Notes: generated by a model from the sequence alone, not told the origin. DNA of 64,000 nucleotides from Corallococcus sp. EGB (GCF_019968905.1 NZ_CP079946.1:5601356-5665355), one strand, 5' to 3'. Positions 28,118-37,567 are shown, counted from the first letter of the stretch. A program made the numbers and translations.

Positions 28118-29539
28118 ATGGCCTCGAAGATCAACGACAGCACGCGTCCCCTGACCTCCCTCTCGCGGCTGTCCTCGCAGGACGCCCGGGCGCCGGAGGC
28201 GAAGACCCGGAACCGCCCCCTCGCGTTCAAGGACGGCTTCGAGTCCTCCAGCACGCGTCCCGCCCCGGGTCAGCTGCCCCAGCTGCCCGCCCCGCCGCCA
28301 GTGCTGTCGCTGCCCGCGCCCTCCACGCCGACGCCCGCGCCGACGACGCCGGTGCCCCCGGAGACGCCCACCGAGCCGCCCGTGTCGGCGGACGCGGATC
28401 CGATGACGCACATCGAGTACCTGTCCTCGGACGCGATGCAGGGGCGTGACAGCCCCTCCGCGGGCCTGGACGCCGCTTCCGCCTACGTGCAGGCCCACGT
28501 CGAGAAGTACGGGCTCGTGGGGCCCAACTCCACCAACCCGGAGAACCCCTTCCAGCAGAAATTCAAGGTCTACTCCTGGCTGGGCGCGGAGAAGGCGGGC
28601 GAGGCGGCGGGCGCGGCCCATGGCCACGCCGGGCACAAGCAGTTCGGCCACAAGACGTTCCAGGAGGGCTTCTACCTGGACGAGAAGATGCCCAAGGACA
28701 CGCTGAAGCTGCTCAACCAGCAGTACGAGCAGACGATGAAGGCTGCGGGCCAGTCCGCGGCGCCGGCGCGCGCGGGCAAGCAGCGCAGCGTGGAGGAGCT
28801 GAAGCAGGTGGCCACCGCCACGGGCCAGGCGGTGAACACGATGGCGCTGCTGCCAGGCACGGGCCCGCACAAGGACGAGGTCATCGTGGTGATGGCCCAC
28901 CTGGACCACGTGGGCGTGGACCGCAAGGGCAACGCGTACAACGGCGCGGACGACAACGCGTCCGGCAGCGCGGTGCTGATGGCGGCGGTGCCGGAGCTGG
29001 CGGAGGCCGCGAAGAACGGCAAGCTGGACCGCTCCGTGCTCTTCCTCTGGACGGGCGCCGAGGAGAAGGGCCTGGTGGGCTCGCAGTACTTCGTGGACCA
29101 CCCCATCCCCGGGCTGGAGCTGAAGAACATCGCGGGCGTCATCAACACGGACATGGTGGGCCGCTGGGATGATCAGCGCCTGTCCGTGGTGGACACCAAC
29201 ACCAAGGGCCAGCCCAACTACTTCCGCGACGTGGTGGACCAGGCGAACCAGCAGCTGGCGGATCCGTTCGACCGCATCAACCGCGACATCAACGTCTACC
29301 GCGACCGGCAGGACGGTGCGTCCTTCGGGAGGAAGGGCGAGGACGTGCTCTTCCTCTTCGAGGGCCTGTCCAACCCCGAGGGCGGCGGCGACCTCATCCC
29401 CGAGTACCACCGGCAGGATGACGACATCGAGAAGATCATCGAGGACAACGGCGGCAACAAGCCGCGCCGCGTGAAGGACCTGCTCGTCAACGTCATCGGC
29501 ATCGCGGCGAACCGGACGGCGGAGACGCAGACCCGGTAG
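28118..29539 (+). CDS. M28-family zinc aminopeptidase with a Pro-rich N-terminal extension
   Basis: Zn-ligand motifs HLDHVG, GADDNASG and EEKGLVGS; start MASKINDSTRPL; about 100 aa of Pro/Thr-rich low-complexity sequence and no classical signal peptide. Confidence 0.7.
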   Translation: MASKINDSTRPLTSLSRLSSQDARAPEAKTRNRPLAFKDGFESSSTRPAPGQLPQLPAPPPVLSLPAPSTPTPAPTTPVPPETPTEPPVSADADPMTHIEYLSSDAMQGRDSPSAGLDAASAYVQAHVEKYGLVGPNSTNPENPFQQKFKVYSWLGAEKAGEAAGAAHGHAGHKQFGHKTFQEGFYLDEKMPKDTLKLLNQQYEQTMKAAGQSAAPARAGKQRSVEELKQVATATGQAVNTMALLPGTGPHKDEVIVVMAHLDHVGVDRKGNAYNGADDNASGSAVLMAAVPELAEAAKNGKLDRSVLFLWTGAEEKGLVGSQYFVDHPIPGLELKNIAGVINTDMVGRWDDQRLSVVDTNTKGQPNYFRDVVDQANQQLADPFDRINRDINVYRDRQDGASFGRKGEDVLFLFEGLSNPEGGGDLIPEYHRQDDDIEKIIEDNGGNKPRRVKDLLVNVIGIAANRTAETQTR

Positions 29540-29599
29540 CGCGGTGCCGCCCGCCGGATGCTGCACTTCCGGCGGGAGCTTCCTGGAGAGGTTGGACGC

Positions 29600-30484
29600 T
29601 CAGGCGGCCAGCTTCTCTCCGCCGCCGTCCACGGGCCCACCGGAGAGCGCGGCGACCTCGTGCTCGCTCAGCACGAGCTTCTCCTCGGAACCGCGCCAGA
29701 CGAACGGGATGCCGGGCTGCCGGTAGAGGTTCGCGGGGATGTCGCGCGCGAGCTGCGCGTGCAGCTCCGGCAGCTTGGACCAGTGCAGCCCGTGCCGCGT
29801 GTGATGCGCGGTGTGGTAGCCCAGGTTGCCCGTCATCAGGTTGTAGCCCTTGTGGAGGATGTTGTACGAGGCCTCCGAGTGGTTGGCCGTCTCCAGGCCC
29901 ACGTGGTGGAAGTACGTCGCCCAGGTCGTCACGTAGAGCGACGCCATCATGGGCAGGAGGAACACGAACAGCGCGTTGTAGGGGTTCACCCAGAACAGGC
30001 CCGCCAGCAGCACCAGCTGGAGCGCGGCCATCCCCACGAACGTGCGCAGCGCCTTGGGGTGGTGCTTCCTCCCCACCTGGAACGCGCGCGGATACGCCGT
30101 CAGCGCCGTGCCCAGCGAGTACTCCACCTCCCCCATCGTCGAGCCGTCATCCCGCTTCCAGCGCGACTCGTCCTGCGTCTGGTCCAGGTAGTTCTTGTGG
30201 TGGCCCAGCACGTGGTGGAGGAACCACGCCTGCGACGTCACGCCCGTCTGGAAACCGAAGACGATCTCCAACAGGCGGTTGGGCAGCGTGTGCTTGAAGA
30301 AGGACAGGTGCTGGTGGTGGTGGTTCCACGAGCAGATCCATCCCTTGGGGATGATGCCCAGCCCGAACCACAGCACCGGCACCCACCAGCTCCGGGCCAT
30401 GAGGAACACCGTCACATCGAGCGCGAACACGCCAAGGAACATCAGGACCGGGATGCGATCTTCAGGGTGCCGGAACAGGGTCAT
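29600..30484 (-). CDS. membrane fatty-acid desaturase/hydroxylase family protein
   Basis: His boxes NHHHQH, HHVLGHH and HTAHHTRH; 4 TM helices; start MTLFRHPEDRIPVLMF within ORF 29600..30592. Confidence 0.7.
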   Translation of the reverse strand: MTLFRHPEDRIPVLMFLGVFALDVTVFLMARSWWVPVLWFGLGIIPKGWICSWNHHHQHLSFFKHTLPNRLLEIVFGFQTGVTSQAWFLHHVLGHHKNYLDQTQDESRWKRDDGSTMGEVEYSLGTALTAYPRAFQVGRKHHPKALRTFVGMAALQLVLLAGLFWVNPYNALFVFLLPMMASLYVTTWATYFHHVGLETANHSEASYNILHKGYNLMTGNLGYHTAHHTRHGLHWSKLPELHAQLARDIPANLYRQPGIPFVWRGSEEKLVLSEHEVAALSGGPVDGGGEKLAA

Positions 30485-30705
30485 GCGCCTTCCGAGACAA
30501 GGGGAGCCAGGGCCAAAATGCCGCTTTTCCAACTGTAGGCCGCCTCCCCCCACCCCGAACAGCCCGCCCTCGCCCGCCTGCACGTTCCACACTGGCGGTA
30601 AACAACGTAGTCACGTTGAACTTGTATTTCCACAATTCCAAGAATGCCAGTCCTGCATTGTGATAAACGCCGACCCAGCCCTTTTGGACCCACCTGGAGG
30701 CAGCG

Positions 30706-31368
30706 ATGCGGAACCAGACCATCGAGGCGGCACTGGCGAAGAATCCCCACCGTGAGCAGCTGATCAAGCACCGGTTCTTCGAGGTCGTGGATGAGAAGGC
30801 CTTCAGCCGCGAACAGGCGGAGATGGTGCTGGGGCAGTGGTGGCACCCCCTGCACTACTTCCCCAACTTCCTGAGCAAGCTCATCGCCGTCTGCCCGCAG
30901 ATGGAGATGAAGACGGCGGTGACGCACATCCTCAACCAGGAGGTGGGCGAGGGAGACCCGGCGCGCGCGCACGAGCGCTTCTTCATCCAGACGATGACGG
31001 ACGCGGGCTTCACGAAGGCGGGCGTGTCGGAGGCGGACATGACGCCCGCGACGCGCCGGCTCATTGACGGCTATCAGCGCGCCACGGACAACCACCTCAC
31101 CGGCCTGGGCTTCCTCTACGGCACCGAGGTCGCGGACCTCACCATGGTGGCCAAGCTGGGCAAGCTGGTGCGCCGCACCACGGGCCTCAAGGCCCTGCCC
31201 TGGGTGGACATCCACGTGAAGCAGGAGCCGGACCACGTGGAGACCGCCGGCCACACGGTGGGCCTGCGGTACTCGGACGAGGAGCTGGCCACCATCACCC
31301 GCGGCGCCGAGGAGATGTGGCAGCTGTGGGTGGGCTTCTTCGAGGAGCTGCGCAACCGCGTCGTCTGA
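30706..31368 (+). CDS. heme-oxygenase-like fold protein (TenA/PqqC/CADD-like, putative di-iron redox enzyme)
   Basis: 220 aa, all-helical; ExxH-like carboxylate/His pairs (NQEVGEGD, AHERFF, HVKQEPDHVE); divergent from the desaturase at 29600..30484. Confidence 0.5.
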   Translation: MRNQTIEAALAKNPHREQLIKHRFFEVVDEKAFSREQAEMVLGQWWHPLHYFPNFLSKLIAVCPQMEMKTAVTHILNQEVGEGDPARAHERFFIQTMTDAGFTKAGVSEADMTPATRRLIDGYQRATDNHLTGLGFLYGTEVADLTMVAKLGKLVRRTTGLKALPWVDIHVKQEPDHVETAGHTVGLRYSDEELATITRGAEEMWQLWVGFFEELRNRVV

Positions 31369-31402
31369 GCGGCCGCCTGCGTCAAACGCAACTCCCCGGA
31401 AT

Positions 31403-31420
31403 CCGTACGTTTTCGTACGG
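31403..31420. terminator. hairpin ccgtacg-tttt-cgtacgg downstream of the HO-like gene
   Basis: Perfect 7-bp stem with a TTTT loop, 35 nt after the stop at 31368; no U-tract follows. Confidence 0.3.
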
Positions 31421-31449
31421 AACACTGGCGAATCTCTCCAGGTAGGGTA

Positions 31450-31476
31450 GTCACTCCCGCGTCACGGGAGTGTCAC
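31450..31476. promoter_or_regulatory. three GTCAC direct repeats at 11-bp periodicity (candidate Pho box), overlapping an 8-bp hairpin
   Basis: aGTCACtcccgcGTCACgggagtGTCACaccc: repeats start at 31450, 31461 and 31472, 65-90 bp upstream of the DUF47-pit operon. cactcccg/cgggagtg also form a stem at 31452..31472. Confidence 0.3.
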
Positions 31477-31540
31477 ACCCTGGCCCAATGGCCTCCCGCG
31501 GCGCACCGCGCCTGTCCCTCCAGGCGCCGAGGGAGATTCC

Positions 31541-32167
31541 ATGCTCGAAAAGCTGATGCCGAAGTCGGACGAGTTCTTCGACGACTTCGACGCGCAGTGC
31601 TCCAAGACCGTCGAGGGAGCCAAGCTCCTGCACGAGCTCCTGAGCGACTTCCGCGACGTGCCCGCGCGCGTCCAGGCCCTCAAGGACGTGGAGCACCGGG
31701 GCGACGAAGTCACCCACACGGCCTTCAACCGGCTCCACCAGCAGTTCATCACCCCGTTCGACCGGACGCAGATCCACACGCTCTTGTCGCGCATCGACGA
31801 CGTGCTGGACCTGACCAACGCGGCGGCGGCGCGCCTGCTGTATTACGAAATCGACTCCAGCCGGGCGGACGCGACGGAGCTGGCGCGGCTCCTGGTGCTG
31901 TCCACGCAGAAGGTGCAGGAGGTCGTGGCGGCGCTGCGGCTGATCAAGAAGCCGGAGCAGATCCTCGCGGGCTGCAAGGAGATCAAGCACCTGGAGACCC
32001 AGGCGGATGAGGTCCTGCGCGCGGGCATGGGCCGGCTGTTCAAGAGCGGCGTGGATACCCTGACCATCATCAAGTGGAAGGAGATCTACGATCTCATCGA
32101 GACGGCCACGGACAAGTGCCAGGGCGTGGCCAACGTCATCGAAGGCGTCGTGCTGGAGCACTCCTGA
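31541..32167 (+). CDS. DUF47 (PhoU-like, orfA/YkaA) family protein
   Basis: 208 aa, helical with PhoU-like repeats; stop TGA immediately followed by the pit ATG. Confidence 0.8.
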   Translation: MLEKLMPKSDEFFDDFDAQCSKTVEGAKLLHELLSDFRDVPARVQALKDVEHRGDEVTHTAFNRLHQQFITPFDRTQIHTLLSRIDDVLDLTNAAAARLLYYEIDSSRADATELARLLVLSTQKVQEVVAALRLIKKPEQILAGCKEIKHLETQADEVLRAGMGRLFKSGVDTLTIIKWKEIYDLIETATDKCQGVANVIEGVVLEHS

Positions 32168-33193
32168 ATGCTGCTCGCAGCGGTCGTCCTCATTGTCGTC
32201 GTCGCGCTCGTCTTCGATTTCATCAACGGCTTCCACGACGCGGCGAACTCCATCGCGACGGTGGTGTCCACGCGCGTGCTGTCGCCGAACCTGGCGGTGG
32301 CGTGGGCCGCGTTCTTCAACTTCGTGGCGGCCTTCGCGGGCGGCGTGCACGTGGCCAACACCATGGGCAAGGGCATCATCAACTTCGACATGCTCCGCGC
32401 GGCCGGCCCCACCGCGGTGCTGATGGTCGTCTTCTCGTCGCTGATGGGCGCCATCGCCTGGAACCTGCTCACCTGGTGGTGGGGGCTGCCCTCGTCGTCG
32501 TCGCACGCGCTGGCGGGCGGGATGATTGGCGCCACCCTGCCCGTCCTGGGCTTCCAGGGGCTGGTGGGGAGCGGCATCGCGCGCATCGCGGCCTTCATCG
32601 TGCTGTCGCCGCTCATCGGCATGACGCTGGGCATCGGGATGATGCTGGCCACCACCTGGGCGGTGCGCAAACAGACGCCGCTGCGCGTGGACACCTGGTT
32701 CCGCCGGCTGCAGCTGGTGTCGTCCGCCATCTTCTCCTTCAGCCACGGCACCAACGACGCGCAGAAGGTCATGGGCATCATCGCGGTGGTGCTCTTCGGC
32801 ACCATCTGGCGCGACCGGCCGTTCCACATCGACTGGTGGATGATCATCTCCTGCCACGCCGCGATTGGACTGGGCACCTTCTTCGGCGGCTGGCGTATCA
32901 TCCGCACCATGGGCCACAGCCTCACGAAGCTGGCGCCCATTGGCGGCTTCTGCGCGGAGACGGGCGGCGGCGTCACCATCATCGCGCTGGCGGAGCTGGG
33001 CATCCCCGTCTCCACCACGCACACCATCACCGGCGCCATCGTCGGCGTGGGCTCCACGCGCGGCTGGCGCGCCGTGAAGTGGGGCACCGCCGGCCGCATC
33101 ATCTGGGCGTGGGTGTTCACCATCCCCGCCGCCGCGCTGGTGTCCGTCATCGTCTACGGACTCACGCTGGCCGTGGTGCGGCTGGTGGGCTGA
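32168..33193 (+). CDS. pit: inorganic phosphate transporter, PiT family
   Basis: GFHDAANSIAT and GTNDAQKVMG signature motifs of the PHO4/PiT family; 10 TM helices. Confidence 0.85.
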   Translation: MLLAAVVLIVVVALVFDFINGFHDAANSIATVVSTRVLSPNLAVAWAAFFNFVAAFAGGVHVANTMGKGIINFDMLRAAGPTAVLMVVFSSLMGAIAWNLLTWWWGLPSSSSHALAGGMIGATLPVLGFQGLVGSGIARIAAFIVLSPLIGMTLGIGMMLATTWAVRKQTPLRVDTWFRRLQLVSSAIFSFSHGTNDAQKVMGIIAVVLFGTIWRDRPFHIDWWMIISCHAAIGLGTFFGGWRIIRTMGHSLTKLAPIGGFCAETGGGVTIIALAELGIPVSTTHTITGAIVGVGSTRGWRAVKWGTAGRIIWAWVFTIPAAALVSVIVYGLTLAVVRLVG

Positions 33194-33250
33194 AGAAGCC
33201 CTGGGGGTCCTGGCGCGGGGGACAGGCCCCCCGCGCCACCTGCTCCCCGA

Positions 33251-35038
33251 CTACTGCACGGCCCGGACGTTGAGCGCCGTGGACGGCCCGCCCACCGCCG
33301 GCGGCACCCAGGGCACCACCTTCTTGTTCTGCCACTGGACCAGCTTCAGCGACGGGTCCTCCAGCGGCACGTCGAAGGTGTAGGAGATGCGCGTGGGGCC
33401 CTGCGCGTCCGCCTCTTCAATCTTCACCACCATGCCCTGCATGTCGAAGGTATCGCCCTGGTGCACCGGGTGGCGCGCGGCGCGGTGGATGCGCTCCTCC
33501 ACGGAGTCCAGGAAGTGGCCGCCCTTGGTGAGCGCCAGCTCCAGCGAGTTGGGGCCGGTGCGCGTCACCTTCTGCTCGTGGAGCGAATAGGACAGCACCC
33601 ACCAGGCCTTCGGCAGCGTCAGGCCCGAGGACCACCACCGCACCGAGCCGTAGATGCCGATGATGCCGTTGGGGGCGTTGAGCACCACCACGCGCTGGTT
33701 GGGCAGCTTCTCCTGGTCAAAGGCCTCCTTGTAGCGCGCCTCCACGCGCCCCATGAGCGCGTCCGCCTGGGAGTACTGGTCCATGGTCTGCCACCAGATG
33801 TAGGGCGAGCCCACGACGTGGATGACCGCCATCACCGCCGCGCCGGCCAGCACCGCGCCCGCGCGGGGCTTGAGCGCCCGGCCCGTCCACGCGTGGCGCA
33901 GCACCACGGCCAGGGCCGCCGCCATGCCCAGGCTGGGCACGATGAGCGTGCGCGAGCCCGCGAAGGCGGAGTTGGACAGCCACGTGGACACGAACGCGCC
34001 CGTCAGCATCCACCCCACCGTGCGCCGCTCCGAGGCCTCCAGCCGGGGCCACACGCCCCACACGAGCAGCGCGAACAGCGTCAGGCCCACCGCGCCCAGG
34101 AGGGTGAACAGGGGCACCAGGGACTGGTCGAAGATGAAGTCCGGAGGCGCGTTCAGCGTCAGGCCCGCGATGGCGGCCGGGACGCGCCCGAGCATCGCCT
34201 GGAACCACGCCACGGGCGTCCCCAGGGCGTCCAGGTACATGTCCGAGCCGCCCGCGCCGTAGCCCATGGCCCGGTAGGCCACGAAGTAGATGGCCATCAG
34301 CACGCCAAAGGGGAGGAGCCCCCTGAGCTTGTCCTTCGCCGCCCCCGGCCCGGAGAAGAACTCGTAGGCCAGCACGTACGGGCTGAGGATGACCATGGTC
34401 TCGCCGCACAGGAGCGCGAGCGCGAAGGACACGAGCGCCCCCACCAGCGCGTTCCTGCGCCCCTGCTCCCGCCACTGGATGTGGAAGAAGAGGCCGAGGA
34501 CGCCGAACATCAACGACATCACCACGCTGCGGTAGGACAGCCAGCCCAGCACCGCCGCGTGCGAGCCCCAGATGGCGAAGAGGAACATCGCCACGCCCGC
34601 CACCGCCGTGGGCAGCACGCGCTTGAGCAGCACGCCCGCCAGCGCCACCAGCCCCACGTACCAGAGCACCGAGTGGAGCTGATAGGCCACCGCGACGCGG
34701 TTGTAGAGCAGGTGATCCAGTCCGTAGAGCAGGCTGCCCAGGGGCCGGAAGAACGAGACGCGGACCGTGGGCTCCACCCACCACGGGAAGACGCCCACGT
34801 GCGCCAGCTTCAGCGTGTGCTCCGGGATGCCGGTGGCGGTGCGGTAGACGTCCAGCGGCGTGTTGCCCAGCGGCGCGGGCGGCGGAATGTGGTCCCAGAC
34901 ACCCAGCCAGATGAAGTCATCCGGCATGAAACCCGAGCGCAACGCCAACGCGCCCAGCGCCACCGCGAACACGATGGAAATCCAGAAGTAACGTTTAAAC
35001 GGCCAACCCGGGGTGGCTGGCGGAGGAGAGGTATCCAT
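33251..35038 (-). CDS. large polytopic membrane protein, possible GT-C-type glycosyl/lipid transferase
   Basis: 595 aa; about 12 TM helices followed by a roughly 150-aa soluble C-terminal domain; N-terminal DD motif region (MPDDFIWLGVWDH). Confidence 0.55.
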   Translation of the reverse strand: MDTSPPPATPGWPFKRYFWISIVFAVALGALALRSGFMPDDFIWLGVWDHIPPPAPLGNTPLDVYRTATGIPEHTLKLAHVGVFPWWVEPTVRVSFFRPLGSLLYGLDHLLYNRVAVAYQLHSVLWYVGLVALAGVLLKRVLPTAVAGVAMFLFAIWGSHAAVLGWLSYRSVVMSLMFGVLGLFFHIQWREQGRRNALVGALVSFALALLCGETMVILSPYVLAYEFFSGPGAAKDKLRGLLPFGVLMAIYFVAYRAMGYGAGGSDMYLDALGTPVAWFQAMLGRVPAAIAGLTLNAPPDFIFDQSLVPLFTLLGAVGLTLFALLVWGVWPRLEASERRTVGWMLTGAFVSTWLSNSAFAGSRTLIVPSLGMAAALAVVLRHAWTGRALKPRAGAVLAGAAVMAVIHVVGSPYIWWQTMDQYSQADALMGRVEARYKEAFDQEKLPNQRVVVLNAPNGIIGIYGSVRWWSSGLTLPKAWWVLSYSLHEQKVTRTGPNSLELALTKGGHFLDSVEERIHRAARHPVHQGDTFDMQGMVVKIEEADAQGPTRISYTFDVPLEDPSLKLVQWQNKKVVPWVPPAVGGPSTALNVRAVQ

Positions 35039-35259
35039 GTTTCAAAGATCTATCAGCAGGCCCCCCACACGAGATAGGTCCCCCCAGGTCGTCCGCTGAC
35101 ACCGGAAGCACGCGGGGTGCGGCGCGCGCGACGGAGATCCTTTGCCACCGCCCGGACTCCGGGTGATCCTCGGCGGACGAAGGGGGACGCGGCCCGGCAG
35201 GTGAAAACAAGAATGCGCGCGCATGGCCTTTCATCCGCGCCGTTTCCGGGCCCGCACGC

Positions 35260-36675
35260 ATGCGCATCGCCATCATCGCCACGTACACCCATCCGACCCG
35301 CCTGCGGATCAAGGAACCCTCCATCATGCAGTCCTCCGTGCCGGAGCTCATCGCGGGCCTGTGTCCGGAGCACGCGGAGGTGGAGATCTTCAACGAGAAG
35401 GAGGCGGACCTCCCGCTGGACCGGCACTGGGACCTGGTCTTCTTCTCGTACCTGCACTCGTATTACGAGCACACCAAGGTGCTCTCCACCCTCTTCCGTC
35501 AGCGCGGCATGACGACGGTGGCGGGCGGCCGGCACGCGAGCCACTTCCCCGATGACGCGGCGAAGTACTTCGACGCGGTCATCACCGGGGAGCCGGAGTC
35601 CAACGTGCCCGCGCTCATCGCGGACTTCGAGAAGGGGGAGCTCAAGCCCCGCTACAGCCTTCCCTCGCAGGGCGCCGCGGCCATCAAGCCGTACCGCTAC
35701 GAGCTCATCGACTTCACGCACAACAAGGTGCGCCTGCCGGGCATCGAGGCGTCGCGCGGCTGCCCCTTCACGTGCAACTTCTGCGTGCTCACCGGCCACG
35801 AGCGCTACCGCTTCCGGCCCATCCCGGAGGTCATCGATGAAATCCAGACGCGCATGCGCTGGAACCCGAACTTCCTGGGGCTGATGGGAGACGCGTTCGT
35901 CTTCCTGGACAACAACCTGGGCGGTTCTCCCAAGTACCTGCGCGCGCTGTGCGAAGCGTTGATCCCCCTGAAGAAGACCTGGGGCTGCGCCCTCACCTTC
36001 AACGTGCTGAAGGACGAGTCGCTGGTGAAGCTGATGGCGAAGGCGGGCTGCCGCTACGTCTACACCGGCCTGGAGTCGCTCAACCCGGACTCGCTCAAGG
36101 CGATGAACAAGGGGCAGAACAAGCTGTCGGAGGTGGACGCCGTCATCCGCCGCGTCTTCTCCGCCGGCATCCTCCTGTCCTTCGGGCTCATCGTCGGCTC
36201 GGACGGCGACACCAACGAATACCTGCACCGGCTGCCGGACTACCTGGCGGACCTGAAGTACTTCTCCGTCACGTTCCTGGGCATCGTGTGCCCCTACCCG
36301 GAGACGCCCTTCTTCCGCGAGCTGAAGGCGGAGGACCGGCTGCTGCCCGGCACCACCAGCCGCGACTACGACGGCTACACGCTGTGCCACCGGCCCAAGA
36401 ACCTGCACGCATCCGAGGTGGTGGAGCACTTCCAGCGGCTGTGCCGCACGCTGGGGAGCCTGCCCAACATCGCCCGGCACTACGCGTCCAAGCTGATGAT
36501 GAGCGACCTGCCCCGCTACAAGACGACCATCCTCTTCTCCGGGCCCGAAATCGTCAGCATCCGCAACCCGGTGAAGAACCCGGCGCGCCGCTACATCGCC
36601 GGGTTGGATGCCCTTGAAGCCTGGGACGCGGAGCGGATGCCCGCGCTGGGGCTCACGCCGCAGGTCCTGACCTGA
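35260..36675 (+). CDS. B12-binding domain radical SAM protein (class B)
   Basis: N-terminal Rossmann-like B12-binding domain, then SRGCPFTCNFC (CxxxCxxC) radical SAM cluster motif; 471 aa; 3' end overlaps the convergent desaturase by 23 bp. Confidence 0.8.
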   Translation: MRIAIIATYTHPTRLRIKEPSIMQSSVPELIAGLCPEHAEVEIFNEKEADLPLDRHWDLVFFSYLHSYYEHTKVLSTLFRQRGMTTVAGGRHASHFPDDAAKYFDAVITGEPESNVPALIADFEKGELKPRYSLPSQGAAAIKPYRYELIDFTHNKVRLPGIEASRGCPFTCNFCVLTGHERYRFRPIPEVIDEIQTRMRWNPNFLGLMGDAFVFLDNNLGGSPKYLRALCEALIPLKKTWGCALTFNVLKDESLVKLMAKAGCRYVYTGLESLNPDSLKAMNKGQNKLSEVDAVIRRVFSAGILLSFGLIVGSDGDTNEYLHRLPDYLADLKYFSVTFLGIVCPYPETPFFRELKAEDRLLPGTTSRDYDGYTLCHRPKNLHASEVVEHFQRLCRTLGSLPNIARHYASKLMMSDLPRYKTTILFSGPEIVSIRNPVKNPARRYIAGLDALEAWDAERMPALGLTPQVLT

Positions 36676-37483
36676 GCCGGGATGGCAGGCGCACGTCCCA
36701 CGCCAGCCCCAGGACCTGGAGCGCGCGGATGAAGAGCCAGCCCGGGTCCCACTGCCACCACACCCACCCGTGCCGCGCGGACGCGGGGAAGGCGTGGTGG
36801 TTGTTGTGCCAGCCCTCGCCCAATGCGAGCACGCTCACCCACCACACGTTGCGGCTGTGGTCGCGCGTGTCGTGGGCGCGCTGACCGAACGCCGCGTGGC
36901 ACACGGAGTTCACCGCGTAGGTGCTCTGCATCCAGCACACCACCGGGAGGAAGAAGTACGCGGGCACCGCGCGCCAGCCGAACGTCAGCCCCACGAAGAG
37001 CACCGCCAGCACCTGCGGCGCGATGCGGTAGCGCAGGAGCCAGTGGTAGTAGCGATCATGGGCCATGTCGCGGCACCAGGTGCGCCAGCCGTCCTCCTCC
37101 GTGGAGGCCTCGTTGAGGATCCACCCCATGTGCGCGTACCAGAAGCCGTGCACCGGCGAGTGCACGTCCCCTTCCGCGTCCGCATTCGCGTGGTGCAGCC
37201 GGTGGTTGGCGGCCCACAGCAGCGGGCTGCCCTGGGCGGTGAGCATGGCCACCGTGACCAGCGCGTACTCCACCCAGCGGGGGCACGCGAAGGCGCGGTG
37301 GCACAGCAGCCGGTGCAGCCCCACCGTCGTGCCCAGGCCAATGGACACGTACACGGCCAGCGCCACCGGCAGCGCGTACGGCGGCCAGGGCAGGAAGAAC
37401 GCGAGCGCGGCCAGCCCGTGGACCACGACCATGTAACCGACGATGACGGGACTGAGCTGGAAGCGGAGCGGCGCGGTGTTCAT
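36653..37483 (-). CDS. acyl-CoA/acyl-lipid delta-9-type desaturase (stearoyl-CoA desaturase family)
   Basis: His boxes HRLLCH, HRLHH and HNNHH with 4 TM helices; start MNTAPLRF within ORF 36653..37543. Confidence 0.8.
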   Translation of the reverse strand: MNTAPLRFQLSPVIVGYMVVVHGLAALAFFLPWPPYALPVALAVYVSIGLGTTVGLHRLLCHRAFACPRWVEYALVTVAMLTAQGSPLLWAANHRLHHANADAEGDVHSPVHGFWYAHMGWILNEASTEEDGWRTWCRDMAHDRYYHWLLRYRIAPQVLAVLFVGLTFGWRAVPAYFFLPVVCWMQSTYAVNSVCHAAFGQRAHDTRDHSRNVWWVSVLALGEGWHNNHHAFPASARHGWVWWQWDPGWLFIRALQVLGLAWDVRLPSRLRSGPAA

Positions 37484-37567
37484 GTGCTCGATGCTGCGTC
37501 GAGGATGAGGCCCGCAGTCTAGGGGGCCCGCCTGACGGGACAAGGAATGCGCCCGGCGCGCCCCGCG

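Noticed and set aside
25024-29566. Minus ORFs 25024..27237 (737 aa) and 28013..29566 (517 aa)
   Set aside because: Antisense shadows of the slt and M28 peptidase genes.
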